Assembly: GCA_000165345.1 (NCBI GenBank)
Contig: CM000436.1
Coordinates: forward strand, 320,001-384,000
Length of the DNA stretch: 64,000 bases
Direction of reading: 5' to 3'
Below the pieces are notes generated by a model. The model had not been told where the DNA came from and did no database searches. It saw nothing but the letters and a program-made list of their open reading frames with translations. Made by a program: the position numbers and the translations under genes. This document shows, in pieces, positions 44,398 to 63,777 of the stretch (the stretch's first letter is position 1; each line of letters begins with the position of its first letter).

Positions 44398-44557
44398 ATA
44401 ATAATTTATTAAAAAGGAAGTTGATGTTTAATTTTATTAAAAATTTATTTAAATAAATAAACAAATTTCTTTGTTTTTTTTCTCTTTTTTTTGGAAAATT
44501 GTGTATCTTAAATAATTTAAAATCTGGTAGTGTTATATATACTTATAGTTAAATAAG

Positions 44558-45439
44558 TTACGTAGGAATAGGCTCAGAAGCTTCAACGGAAACATTGTCA
44601 GATCTTATATCAGCAGGTGAGGATATTAAGGTTTGATATTTAGAAGCAATTTGTCTTCTTGATTCTTGACAAATAGTTTTTACGACATCATTGATAGTTG
44701 GTCCTCCTAGTATAGATGCAGATTTTCCGTAAGTATCGAAAACCACGTTACAAACTGCATTAAATTGATCATGACAAGAATTACCAGTACAAGTCTTATT
44801 ATTTATTTCCAATAATCCAGAACTTACAAGTCCAACAAAAAAAGTAACACAAACTTGAAGAAAAGTCTCCTTGTATAAAACTTCCAAGGCTGGAACTTTA
44901 AACTTTTTTTTAGAAGGAATTGATAATCCATTTTTTATTAGTTGTTCTTGAATTAAACTATTTATTGTACTTTCATCTAACCATGTATCCATAGATAACA
45001 AGAATTTAGTACATTTTTCATAATCCAAATCTCTAAATCCAAGATCTAAATATGGATTACTTGTGAATAAACATATTCCAAAACCTTTAGATGAAGATTC
45101 TTTTTGCATTATTTCCTTAATATCTTTATTCAATTGTTCTATTGATGGTTTTTTAAAAAGTTCATTCAAAAATGAACCACCAGAAGCTAAATTACCAGTA
45201 TTTTGTTGTGGATTATTTACTATAATAGTAGTAGCTTGAGTACTTGTAGAAGTTGTAGGTAAATTGGCATTATTAACCAAATTTGGAGGTAATAATCCAC
45301 TATTTGCTAATAATTGTTGAGGAACTAATTGTCCAAATACATTATTTCTTAATCCATACAACAAATTAATCTTAATAACAAACTCAATAATAATTAATAG
45401 TATTATCCATTTTCTATATCTTATAACACAATATTTCAT
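44558..45439 (-). CDS. Hypothetical secreted or membrane-anchored Cys-containing protein.
   Basis: 293-aa ORF with an ATG start. A hydrophobic N-terminal signal anchor (WIILLIIIEFVIKINLLYGL) is followed by a Cys-rich C-terminal half. A (CCTCTTT)n tract lies upstream. Confidence 0.5.
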   Translation of the reverse strand: MKYCVIRYRKWIILLIIIEFVIKINLLYGLRNNVFGQLVPQQLLANSGLLPPNLVNNANLPTTSTSTQATTIIVNNPQQNTGNLASGGSFLNELFKKPSIEQLNKDIKEIMQKESSSKGFGICLFTSNPYLDLGFRDLDYEKCTKFLLSMDTWLDESTINSLIQEQLIKNGLSIPSKKKFKVPALEVLYKETFLQVCVTFFVGLVSSGLLEINNKTCTGNSCHDQFNAVCNVVFDTYGKSASILGGPTINDVVKTICQESRRQIASKYQTLISSPADIRSDNVSVEASEPIPT

Positions 45440-45572
45440 TCTTTATATATAATAAAATGTTATATTATTATTTGTATATTTAACATTTAAGAATATATTA
45501 AATACTATTTCCAACATTTGAATTTTTCTGTGTGCAAACAAATTCACTGTATTAATATTATACCCATACCTC

Positions 45573-45612
45573 ATTCCTCTTTCCTCTTTCCTCTTTCCTC
45601 TTTCCTCTTCTC
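45573..45612. repeat. (CCTCTTT)n microsatellite (a GAGA-like element on the minus strand) in the promoter region of the 44558-45439 gene.
   Basis: About five tandem copies of TCCTCTT read directly in the sequence, 130-170 bp upstream of the ATG at 45439. Confidence 0.85.
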
Positions 45613-45789
45613 TATTTATAAATTATCAAAGAAATATCAGCATTATTCTTTCCTCTCATACCTCTATAATATAAGCAATATATATATTCAATTCTCTTTT
45701 CTTTGAAATAGAATAATTCAAGTCTAAAATTGACCATTCAAGTTTTTTTATACAATTCGGTCACCATTTATCCTTCCAGGTTAATACAA

Positions 45790-54210
<8,421 letters not shown>

Positions 54211-54305
54211 CTTCAACTAATTTGCAAACTTCTTCCTCCTTTTTCCTTTTCCTTATCCCATATAATCCTCTTACCTAAATTTTCACTGCTTGACTTTGCC
54301 AAATG

Positions 54306-54315
54306 TTGGCGCCAT
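54306..54315. promoter_or_regulatory. E2F-like TTGGCGCCAT upstream of the Med14-like gene.
   Basis: Lies about 95 bp upstream of the ATG at 54210. Confidence 0.45.
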
Positions 54316-54696
54316 TTCCCCACCAAGAAATTCTAAAAAGAAATATAATTGGGGTAAAAATCATCAGTTTTTGATGAAATTTATTTGAAACTAAGCAAAT
54401 TGAGATGGAATATAATTATTACTATTAGATTTATCTTATTTTATGAGTGAAATTCAAGAGAAGCTTTTTCAATAGTATTTCCCCTAATTTCCTAATTGAC
54501 TTTTTCAAGCTTACACAATATAATCAATACTGACATGGACAAATCTGAATATAAAGAAAATTAAAATTAATTGAAATGCAAATTAAGTTAAAATTAAATT
54601 AAACTATTAAAATATTCAAAGGTGAAGGCACTCAGCCAATTCTTTGATTTTTTCTATTCTTAAGGAGTTTGCTCACATGAGCAAAAGTTGAATTAC

Positions 54697-55779
54697 TTAC
54701 TCCGATAATTTTGATCGGATAACCTTTATTAACCACTTCTCGATATCTACAATACAGTCAATTTCGAATCTCTTTTGATCCTGCTGCATTTGCATGCAAA
54801 ATGTATTCCACTCTGATTTTGATTCTTGAGAAATCTCATTTGAACTCATTAGTCTGTTTCTGGTATTAATTATTCTCGAAATTTCATCTTGTGTAATATC
54901 AAAAACATTATATGTAGCTATTAGCTCGTTCTCTATCAACTTCGAAACAGGAGGAACTTTAATTGGCAAAAGTTTTGGGATACTAAAACTTGAATCATAC
55001 CAAGTGCCTGATTTACCTCCCATTATATACGTTGCTGCTATTGAAAGTCCAAAACAGTCGTAATCGCATAGAATCCAGAACTTTGTATCTTCTGGAAGAT
55101 CTTGACTTAGTCTGTATAGTAAAGTCCTAGTAGGTAGATCCGAAAATCCTCTAGCTGTAATTAATATACAAGAATTATCAAACTCTTTATGAAATCCAAA
55201 TTCTAAAAGTCTTTGGAAAATAGTATCCTTTTCAACAACCAAAACAAACTTGATCTTTGAATAGTAGCTAAACTTTAAACCATTCATACCCTTGAATAGA
55301 TAAGGACTTATCGAATGCCCCATACTTTCAAAAATGGACATACAATCCAATCTAACCTCTCTTCTTCTTTCACAAAATCCTATTTCGTATCCTTGAATTA
55401 TCAAAGGACCTCTTATCCTCCCTCTAGCTGTGGAAACCACGTTCAAAAGTTCTCGAGGAGTCTGTACTAGATGAGTTACTTGTGCAATATATTTGTCTGA
55501 AATACTTTGTTTTGTATATAAACTCGGATTATTATAATAAATATCTCTTAAAGTCGAATGGAAGCCTTCCTTGACATTTCTATGAAGAATATTCATAACC
55601 GAAACCAAACAAGTTGAATTGTAAATTTGACTCCTACTTCCTCCATTTATTAACTCCCTTATTATGCTACATACTGAACTTTCCAAACGACTTGTAATTC
55701 TTTTATCTTCACCTTCTAAAACAAGAAGCTTATCCTTACTTTTACCTCTCTCAATCAAATTCCTCTCTTCTTGCACCAT
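54697..55779 (-). CDS. SPO11: SPO11 / topoisomerase VI subunit A homologue (meiotic DNA double-strand-break transesterase).
   Basis: The catalytic tyrosine context STLRDIYYNNPSLY matches RDI(F/Y)Y. The Toprim region FVLVVEKDTIFQRL (acidic metal ligand), ILITARGFSDLPTRTLLYRL and ILCDYDCFGLSIA (DxD) is colinear with yeast Spo11 IVIVEKEAVF / LITGKGFPDFLTRLFL / FTDADPYGISIA. Confidence 0.8.
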   Translation of the reverse strand: MVQEERNLIERGKSKDKLLVLEGEDKRITSRLESSVCSIIRELINGGSRSQIYNSTCLVSVMNILHRNVKEGFHSTLRDIYYNNPSLYTKQSISDKYIAQVTHLVQTPRELLNVVSTARGRIRGPLIIQGYEIGFCERRREVRLDCMSIFESMGHSISPYLFKGMNGLKFSYYSKIKFVLVVEKDTIFQRLLEFGFHKEFDNSCILITARGFSDLPTRTLLYRLSQDLPEDTKFWILCDYDCFGLSIAATYIMGGKSGTWYDSSFSIPKLLPIKVPPVSKLIENELIATYNVFDITQDEISRIINTRNRLMSSNEISQESKSEWNTFCMQMQQDQKRFEIDCIVDIEKWLIKVIRSKLSE

Positions 55780-56040
55780 TACGCCATCACTTAATCACAC
55801 TTTCTTCTTCCATCCCACCTATTATTTTATCCCATTATATGACTTTTCCATAAAATCCCTTTAATTTCAAATATATTAATCCTATCAAATCGAAAAATAG
55901 CCGAAACCTTGGCTATACTTCGCTCCAGAAAAAAATTCAACAATTTAATTTCTCAGATTCTTCCTTCCCTAATATTGCCAAATACATTACAATTTTTTCA
56001 TGTCGCCTTCATTTTATATTTTTTCCCCTTTGGGCTCCTC

Positions 56041-56092
56041 TTGCATGCAAAACTCCTCATTAATAAAAATTGGTACACCAAACTTTGGCGCC
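56041..56092. promoter_or_regulatory. TTGCATGCAA and TTTGGCGCC in the divergent SPO11 / 56638-gene promoter.
   Basis: Positions are 56041-56050 and 56084-56092. Confidence 0.5.
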
Positions 56093-56637
56093 TAAATGTC
56101 ACTCGACGTTAATTACCGTCAACCTTGGCAATTTTATTGCCGGCAGCATTTAGAGGTAAAAAAATAATATAAAATTGGTACCTAGTAAAAATTTGAGAGT
56201 TTTAGGTGCTTTTCTAGCCAAATTTTTTGAATTTCGGTATACTTTTCTAGATATATAATTGGAGTTGCTGTTTGTAGGGTTACTGGATATTATTGGATAT
56301 CAATTATAAGAAAGGATTTGATAAAATTTGGTATTGAAAATCAATTTTTTGGTATTAAAAAGGTTTTTTGGATTTTTATTCAGCTTCTAAGTGCTTATTT
56401 AGCAGAATTTTTTAACAATATTCTCAAAGCAATAAATAAGTTAAGTTTCTACTTTTCTTTTGGTATTTATATATTTTTGAATGCCTTTAATTAAAATTAT
56501 TAAATCGCATTTTTTAGACCCATTGCCTCAGGATTCAAATATAAAAGAGTTTTCAAGAGATAGAATACGGAGATAGGATTAATATTCGAGATTGAATCAC
56601 AGTGATTACTATTTTTCTGTTTATTTTAAATAATCAT

Positions 56638-58515
56638 ATGTGGCATAACGTTTCAAATAATTCATTGGCAAACTCATGTCTTCACAGACTTGATGATTAT
56701 TTTCGACATGAAAGTTCATCAAGTTCATCACAACTTATTCAGAATGGTATAATTCAAAGTAATTTAGGAGGTAATCATTTAATTAAGACATGTTCCTCTC
56801 CAATAGGTAACCCCCAATATTACCCTGGAAAAGATATGGAGTGCATAAATGCTCCAAGAGACCAAGAGAGAGTACTTAATAGCTATAAAAGCTTTCTAAA
56901 TATGGATAGAGTGATGCCCTGGATGTTAAACATTGATTCTTTTAACTTACCAAATAGCAACCAACAACCTTGTTCTCCTTCTTCACCTCCTAACAGTATG
57001 AATCCTGGGCATCAATTTGGCTTAAATTCGAATCCTTGTCAGAATCCGAATATGAATTCTAGTACATATGTTAGCAATCAATACCAGAATTCTCAGCAAC
57101 AACATAGCTTGCATAACTATAATCGTATTGATGATTTAAAATACATGGAGAAGATAAATTTATTTGCGGAACGTAATCCTCAATTAGGACTGAATAATGT
57201 TTTTAGTGCATCTCCAGTCAAGAGTGATACATCTACAGCAACTCCTTCATCTATGAGGTCAATAATTAATGATGGGTTTTTCAATAATTATCAAGATGAT
57301 AGAAAGTCTAGTATTCAAAGTTACTTTTCATCCGGAACAAGCAATCATCATGGATATGGTTTAAACTTTAATGGAGGAAATAGTACAGCTAGTAGTAGTT
57401 ACAATGGGAACAATAATGTATTTACAACTGGTTTAGGAGGGACAAATTTTGGAGGAATGGAGCATTATCGTTTAGGAGATGTTCCACCTCTTAGTTTTAG
57501 TTACCTTGATAAGAATAGAAATGAAGCTTACTACACCCAAGCAAGTAACCTTTTGAAGATTCTGAGTCCATCTTGGATTCTTTGTATTGATATTGCTGCC
57601 ATTTTACTTACTAATACAGATAATAAGATGGCATTAAGCAACATTGGTCCTAAACTATCATGTTTTGCCAGAGACGCTTTAAGGCAAATTAAGCAGAAGA
57701 AACTTTCAAGATTTATTAAAGAACATAGTAATTTCTTTGATATAAGAAGACCTTCTCCTTCACACTCTGCATTGTATGTTACTTTGAAATTTCCTTTGCC
57801 AAATATTGTTCAACAATTTCTACCTTCAATAGTCCAACTAAGGAAATATGAATTAGAAAGAAATCAGATGAACAATAATATCCAAGCAATGAATGAATTT
57901 TCTGAGAATGATTTGGAACAATCTCAAAATGTAAACTCAACAGCAACAGTGGTAATGTCGGAAGAAAGGGTGAATACAACTTCAAAAGAAGGTAGTGCAT
58001 GTAAATTGTCAGAAGATACTGACAATAAAGTGGAATGTACTTCAATTTCAAATAAACAGCAGTTTGACCAAAATTTAACTCAAAAAAAGAATTTAGAAGA
58101 GAAGAATTGTGTAAATGATCAAATTCCTAGCTCTGTAAAGTCTTATCAAGCTTATGAGTGTTGGTTGTGCGTAAGGGAGTTTGCAAATGTTCTTATTCAT
58201 CAACCAACACATACAATGGAATTAAGGGAAATCGGGGTTCTAATGTCTCAAAAGGCAAAGATTCAAGCTAAAAGAAATAGTTCAAAAAAGAATTACAAAT
58301 CCTTTTTATTATCATACCCAAAATTGTTTAGGATTTTTGGTAAAGATGATAATCACTCTATTCAATGGATTGGGTCCAGCCAAGACTTCATCAAATTGAA
58401 CTCAATTAAATATCAACCATCTCAATCAGATGATGAATTATTTAATATACCAACTTTAAATCAATCACATTTACAATTTTTGTTCAATCTTAACAACTCT
58501 TCAATGTCACTTTAG
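56638..58515 (+). CDS. Hypothetical Ser/Asn-rich protein.
   Basis: The ORF track starts at a GTG at 56602, and the first ATG is at 56638. N/S/Q low complexity is present. There is no recognisable domain apart from a Cys-containing segment, YECWLCVREF. Confidence 0.5.
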   Translation: MWHNVSNNSLANSCLHRLDDYFRHESSSSSSQLIQNGIIQSNLGGNHLIKTCSSPIGNPQYYPGKDMECINAPRDQERVLNSYKSFLNMDRVMPWMLNIDSFNLPNSNQQPCSPSSPPNSMNPGHQFGLNSNPCQNPNMNSSTYVSNQYQNSQQQHSLHNYNRIDDLKYMEKINLFAERNPQLGLNNVFSASPVKSDTSTATPSSMRSIINDGFFNNYQDDRKSSIQSYFSSGTSNHHGYGLNFNGGNSTASSSYNGNNNVFTTGLGGTNFGGMEHYRLGDVPPLSFSYLDKNRNEAYYTQASNLLKILSPSWILCIDIAAILLTNTDNKMALSNIGPKLSCFARDALRQIKQKKLSRFIKEHSNFFDIRRPSPSHSALYVTLKFPLPNIVQQFLPSIVQLRKYELERNQMNNNIQAMNEFSENDLEQSQNVNSTATVVMSEERVNTTSKEGSACKLSEDTDNKVECTSISNKQQFDQNLTQKKNLEEKNCVNDQIPSSVKSYQAYECWLCVREFANVLIHQPTHTMELREIGVLMSQKAKIQAKRNSSKKNYKSFLLSYPKLFRIFGKDDNHSIQWIGSSQDFIKLNSIKYQPSQSDDELFNIPTLNQSHLQFLFNLNNSSMSL

Positions 58516-58780
58516 TGAATCATTCTTACCAAATTTCCTTGATCAAAAAGCCCAATTTAGTTTCAATAAATGAACTATTTCTGAACAAAATGTGTATAAT
58601 ACAAGTTAAGTGGATTAAAACTAACTTAAACGTTGAGGTTTAGGTTGTTTAAAAAATAAAAAAGTATCGTTTCGAAACAGTTTTCTTGAAAATTTGCGAG
58701 TGGTATTGTAGTGTGTTTTCTAAAAATTGTTATTTGATTTTTTTTCTTTTTTTTGCATTATTTTAAATTCACTGTTTACT

Positions 58781-58898
58781 TACACGTAATTAACTTGTCA
58801 GATTTTTTTTTTTTTGCTATTCAATTTTTATCTTGCATGCACTTAGACTGTAAAAATTTGCATGAATTTGGCGCCTATTTGGCTTTGCCACGTCATTG
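58781..58898. promoter_or_regulatory. Promoter of the SLC35 transporter gene: TACACGTAATTAAC, TGCATGCA, TTTGCATG, TTTGGCGCC and CACGTCATTG.
   Basis: Positions are 58781-58794, 58844-58851, 58857-58864, 58867-58875 and 58889-58898. Confidence 0.5.
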
Positions 58899-59111
58899 AA
58901 AGAATTATTTGCCAAAATTGACAAATGATGTGACAAAAGAAGTAATATCAAAAGAATCAGAAATTTAAGTGTTTATGTTTACTAATAATTTATTGATCTG
59001 CCGATGAAGAGATAATCGGATTAATTTTGAAAAAATTGCAATATTTTGACATAAAATATAAAAGAGATTTAAAGGAAGAAAAAGAAAAAAAAGCAATAAT
59101 ATGGATTAAAA

Positions 59112-60398
59112 ATGATAGAGCTTTCATTGGGAAAACCAAGTCCTGAAAGAGGAGGTGATAATTCATTGATTAGTTTTCAGAAATATTATGAATTTGAAAA
59201 AGATTTAACAATAAATAGCCACGAGAATAATAACACAGAAAATTATGATATAAGTAATAACCAATTTGTCAATGTTGGAAAATTCTTAATCATTGAAGAT
59301 GAAAATTTTCAAAACAAAAGAGAAATAGTTACAGAACCTGTTATAGAAGTTAGAGAATTAATTAATACAGAATTAAATATTAATCAGCCTTCAGATTCTT
59401 TTCAATTAATGAAGGTTGAAGAATCTATTACGAGCATTTCAATTTCCATTACCATCTATATGATTGTGAGTATTTCAATAGTATTCTTGAACTATAAAAT
59501 TTTTTCAGGAATCATTGAATTTCCAATATTTGTTTCTTGGTTTCAACAACTAGTTGGGTTGGCAATCTTTCAAATTCTAAAAATTTATAAAAATCACCTA
59601 AGATTTGAATTGACTGAATTTACTCACTTTGATCATTTTGAATGGGAAACAGGAAGACATATGATACCATTAGCATTGTGTTTTATTGGAATGGTTTCTT
59701 TGAGTAATATATGCTTAAAACATGTATTAGTTTCAACTTATCAAGTTGCAAGAAGTACAACGATTATTTTTAATCTAATTCTTTCATATAAAATATTAAA
59801 ACAGAAATCTTCAATTTTTACTGTAGCATCTTGTATTATTGTAATGATTGGGTTTACAATAAGTGCATTTGATTCAAATACATTAAATTTGAATGGAGTA
59901 ATTTATGGGGTATTTTCATCAATTATACAATCATTTTATAGTGTATTGATAAAAAAACAGCTAAATATTGTTAATAACAATCAAATTCAACTCTTATATT
60001 ATCAGTTAATTTTATCTTCAATAATGTTTATACCTATTCTGATTGTTACTGGTGAAATCAGATTTTTTTTTATATTATTTGACATTAATCAAGGAATATT
60101 CAAAATATGTTTATTATTAAATTTCTTAATAATTTCCGGTGTTTTGTCAATACTAATCAATTTCTCAACTTTTCAGCTTATTAAGAAAACAAACTCTATA
60201 ACTTTTAATATTATTGCTTTACTAAAGTCATGCATTCAAAGTATTGGCGGGATTTTATTTTTGAATGAAATAGTTACTTTTCAATCTATTTTTGGAACAG
60301 CTCTAACATTATTTGGAACGTTTATGTATAGTTTTAATTCAAATAATAGAAACTCAATAAATAGTATGGAATATCAAGATTTAGAAAATAGAAATTGA
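59112..60398 (+). CDS. Nucleotide-sugar / triose-phosphate transporter family (SLC35 / DMT) membrane protein.
   Basis: About 10 TM helices. The segment LSNICLKHVLVSTYQVARSTTIIFNLILSYKILKQKSS matches the TPT/SLC35 core (vSFyQV.K..tp.f..l.s.l.l..k.s). There is an unusual ~110-aa hydrophilic N-terminal extension. Confidence 0.55.
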   Translation: MIELSLGKPSPERGGDNSLISFQKYYEFEKDLTINSHENNNTENYDISNNQFVNVGKFLIIEDENFQNKREIVTEPVIEVRELINTELNINQPSDSFQLMKVEESITSISISITIYMIVSISIVFLNYKIFSGIIEFPIFVSWFQQLVGLAIFQILKIYKNHLRFELTEFTHFDHFEWETGRHMIPLALCFIGMVSLSNICLKHVLVSTYQVARSTTIIFNLILSYKILKQKSSIFTVASCIIVMIGFTISAFDSNTLNLNGVIYGVFSSIIQSFYSVLIKKQLNIVNNNQIQLLYYQLILSSIMFIPILIVTGEIRFFFILFDINQGIFKICLLLNFLIISGVLSILINFSTFQLIKKTNSITFNIIALLKSCIQSIGGILFLNEIVTFQSIFGTALTLFGTFMYSFNSNNRNSINSMEYQDLENRN

Positions 60399-60791
60399 GT
60401 TGAACTCAAAATAAGTGAATACTTTAAAATTTTTTTTGAAAAAATATTAATAATAATTTCTTTATACTAAATTGATTTGATTTATACAGTTAAGATTTAA
60501 TTTAACTGTTTTTTTATTAAAAGTGTATACTTGAGATTATGAAATGATATAGCCAAATATAGTTATTTTGTAAAAGATTTCAACTTGATCAATATATTTT
60601 ATTATTTTAAGAAAAAAAAAACGAAAACATATACATTAGTGAAATTTATTCTTAGAAAGTATAACTTCATTAAAGTATATGATAAAGGATTTGATTTTCA
60701 ATTTTTGGGTGAAAGCAATCTGATGATTATAATATATTTTTTGTCAAAAACTTTTTTCATTTAGTAGCCATTAAAATTATTTACACACGAA

Positions 60792-60802
60792 TTGGCGCCA
60801 AA
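60792..60802. promoter_or_regulatory. E2F-like TTGGCGCCAAA upstream of the 61120 gene.
   Basis: Lies about 320 bp upstream of the ATG at 61120. Confidence 0.45.
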
Positions 60803-61119
60803 TGATAAAGACTTTAAAAAGCCAAAATTAAAAAAGAAAATATAATTAAGTAAAAAAATAAATAAATAAATTGAAAAATAACGAGATTTGAGATAAAAAA
60901 GGAGCTTGGGTATAAAAACAAAGGATTTAAATATATAATAATCGGATTAGCGCAAATATTTGTTGAAATATTGTAACATTTATTAAGTTTCAAATAGAAA
61001 ATAATAATTGGTCTTTATTAGAGGTACTAAGTACTAGTTAATATAAATCAGTAATAACTACAATGTTAAGTAAATATTATTTCTAATAAACTAAAGGTAT
61101 TAGGAAGTAATTTAGAAAG

Positions 61120-63654
61120 ATGGTATTATGTAATGCAATTGTAGGAAATTATGATGAAAGTAACTTTAAAACTATTCCTGAAAGACTTTTAATGGAGAGG
61201 AGAATGATAATGTCTAGAAGTTCAGATTCAAATAGTATATATATACTATTTCGTGTAATACCGTCTGATAATGACTTGATCCCCAAAGAAAATCAAGGAC
61301 TAGTAATAAATTATTACTCAATGAATAAATCTGAAGAAAATAATAAGAAATATCACTATTTGGTTCCAATCTACAATGATTATAATGTTTTTTGCTATTG
61401 GATTTCAAGTAGGTATTTAAGAATTAAAAAAAAAGAGTTCTGCTTTACAATAAGTGATTTTATAAAAGAATACTGGAAGCAGCCTGTTTTTACTCCAGAA
61501 TTCTCTGAAAATACTTTGATGAGTAATAATAACATTTTATCCTTTGAGAATGTATCAAATGATTATCCGGGTTATAATAGAATAATTAATATAGAAAGGG
61601 AGGAAAATGTTCAAATGATTTGTATCAATTTGAAGTATAGAAATAAAGACTTTATAATTATAGAAAATTTAATTGAATCTGCAAAAGCTTTATTAGCTCC
61701 AAGTTCTGTATTTAATGGAAATAATACAATTAGAGACTTTATTACTGAGGAGCAAGAACAGGTGAATAAATTGGAGAATGAACAGAAACAAGAACAAGAA
61801 CAAGAACTAGAACTAGAACTAAAACAAGAACAAGAACAAGAACAAGAACAAGAACAAGAACAAGAACAAGAACAAGAACAAGAGCTAGAACAACCAGAAC
61901 AAGAACTAAAACAAGAACTGGAACAAGAAAATGAGCTTGATCAAGATCAGGATCAGAAACAAGTCCTAAATATAGAAGAAATGCGTGAAAATGAAGAATT
62001 AGGAAATGAAGTCGACATAATATCAGTTATATCATATAAGAAAGATCAAAAAGTCGCTTCGAACGAATATTCAATGAAGGAAGAAGAGGATGTTTTAAAG
62101 AATGAGATTGATTACAAATCAATGTGCATTTCAACTCAAACAAATAGTAATGAAAATTTACAATTACTTACGATTTGTTCTGAAACAAATGTGAATATTA
62201 CTCAGAATAAAAAACCAAACTCCGTAACTTCAAATTCTTTAGTTGTTAATAGAGAAGAAGTAATTATCAACCAAGTTCCTGAATATAGTATTAAGAAAAA
62301 TACTATATCAAATACTAACGAATGCCAAATTACTAATTCCCCTCTAACTTTGGATGCAGCAATTACTCCCATTACTACTCCAGTTAAAAGAAGTGCCAAA
62401 AATAAAATAAACAATCAAAATAATGAAATTCTTCCGGAAATCTACTCAAAAACCGACATAATTAAAAAAAACTGCTCAGCTATACAAAATTTTGATAATT
62501 TTTCGTCCACAAATAATTTTAATACATGCAAAACACGTAATCAAGTTAACTCATTTTTACCGCCTGACATACAAATTGACACCGGTATAGGTAATACTAA
62601 TCAAATAAATAGAGAAAAGTTAATATTAAATAGAATAGAATCAGCAAGAAAGAATGTCAATTTAAATCATAGAATACACAGTGGAGGAAATTTTTTTGGT
62701 GGATATATTCATGCAAATCGAATCAAAGTACCTAGTGAAAATGGAATTTGTGGTGGAATCAATAACTATAGTATATGTACAAATAATCACATAGGTGGAC
62801 CAATAATCAATAGTAGCAACCGAATTAATGGGAACTATAATGCCAATTTTGATAATAATATTGACATTCTATCAAAGAAATTTAATCGTGCTATTGGCAA
62901 AGCTGACTATTTATTGGAGCAACTAAGCAATAGTGGTGATTCTAATAATAAATTTCAAAGAATTAAGAATGAAGTAGATTCTTATAATGAAAATTATTCT
63001 AATAGAAAAAGTAGACCAGCAAATTCATCTTCTAGTATTATTAACAGTTTCCAAAATCATTCATTTGACTTTCAAAAAAGTGCAAATAATCAGACTTTAT
63101 TTGACAATACATTTAATATTAGAGATGAAATGCTTGAAAAAAAAGTTCAAACATTATGCAATAATCATAATAATAATGATAATAACATTGCAGAGAAAAT
63201 TATCCAAAAAAAAACAAAGAATTTTAATTATACGAGAGAAAGTAACTTATCAATAGTAAATAGTAATCAACTTGAGATAAAGAAAGTTCTTGTAGATGTT
63301 CAAATAAATACTCAGCTTGACGATTCTAACGATAAAAGTGAGAAAAATGTTGATTCTTTGGAAATATCTCAGACTAAATTAAATCATAAAGAAAACTTTA
63401 ACCAAGTAACTGACTTGGAAAAAGTCGCAAAAACTCTTGAAAAAAAAATAGAAACTATAGATTTGGATGGGAAATTGAAAGAATCTGATTCAGTTGAAGT
63501 TGAAGAAGTTGAAATTAGAAGAAGATCAATCATTGATCCAGAATTAGTTGAGGTAGATTTCTATGTAAATGGAGGAAAACTCAAGAGTTCATTTTCAATA
63601 TTAAATATATTACTTAGTAGATGGAGTGGTATTCCCATTGTATCCAAATTATGA
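61120..63654 (+). CDS. Hypothetical protein with an (EQ)n / ELEL acidic repeat.
   Basis: 844-aa ORF with an ATG start. A hexanucleotide repeat (GAACAA)n at ~61786-61920 encodes EQEQEQ. The rest is N/S-rich with no recognised domain. Confidence 0.55.
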   Translation: MVLCNAIVGNYDESNFKTIPERLLMERRMIMSRSSDSNSIYILFRVIPSDNDLIPKENQGLVINYYSMNKSEENNKKYHYLVPIYNDYNVFCYWISSRYLRIKKKEFCFTISDFIKEYWKQPVFTPEFSENTLMSNNNILSFENVSNDYPGYNRIINIEREENVQMICINLKYRNKDFIIIENLIESAKALLAPSSVFNGNNTIRDFITEEQEQVNKLENEQKQEQEQELELELKQEQEQEQEQEQEQEQEQEQELEQPEQELKQELEQENELDQDQDQKQVLNIEEMRENEELGNEVDIISVISYKKDQKVASNEYSMKEEEDVLKNEIDYKSMCISTQTNSNENLQLLTICSETNVNITQNKKPNSVTSNSLVVNREEVIINQVPEYSIKKNTISNTNECQITNSPLTLDAAITPITTPVKRSAKNKINNQNNEILPEIYSKTDIIKKNCSAIQNFDNFSSTNNFNTCKTRNQVNSFLPPDIQIDTGIGNTNQINREKLILNRIESARKNVNLNHRIHSGGNFFGGYIHANRIKVPSENGICGGINNYSICTNNHIGGPIINSSNRINGNYNANFDNNIDILSKKFNRAIGKADYLLEQLSNSGDSNNKFQRIKNEVDSYNENYSNRKSRPANSSSSIINSFQNHSFDFQKSANNQTLFDNTFNIRDEMLEKKVQTLCNNHNNNDNNIAEKIIQKKTKNFNYTRESNLSIVNSNQLEIKKVLVDVQINTQLDDSNDKSEKNVDSLEISQTKLNHKENFNQVTDLEKVAKTLEKKIETIDLDGKLKESDSVEVEEVEIRRRSIIDPELVEVDFYVNGGKLKSSFSILNILLSRWSGIPIVSKL

Positions 63655-63777
63655 TTCTATCAATACAATAGTATTACTATTATTATAATTTATTAATATA
63701 TAAAAGACGCTATATTATGTTTTTATTTAGACTATTTGGTTATATAATTTATTTTGAATAAGGTATTATTTAATATT

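Noticed and set aside
56170-56470. Recurrent TTGGTAT(T) words in the SPO11-side intergenic region.
   Set aside because: The spacing is irregular and the copies degenerate. It is probably AT-rich background rather than a defined repeat or motif array.
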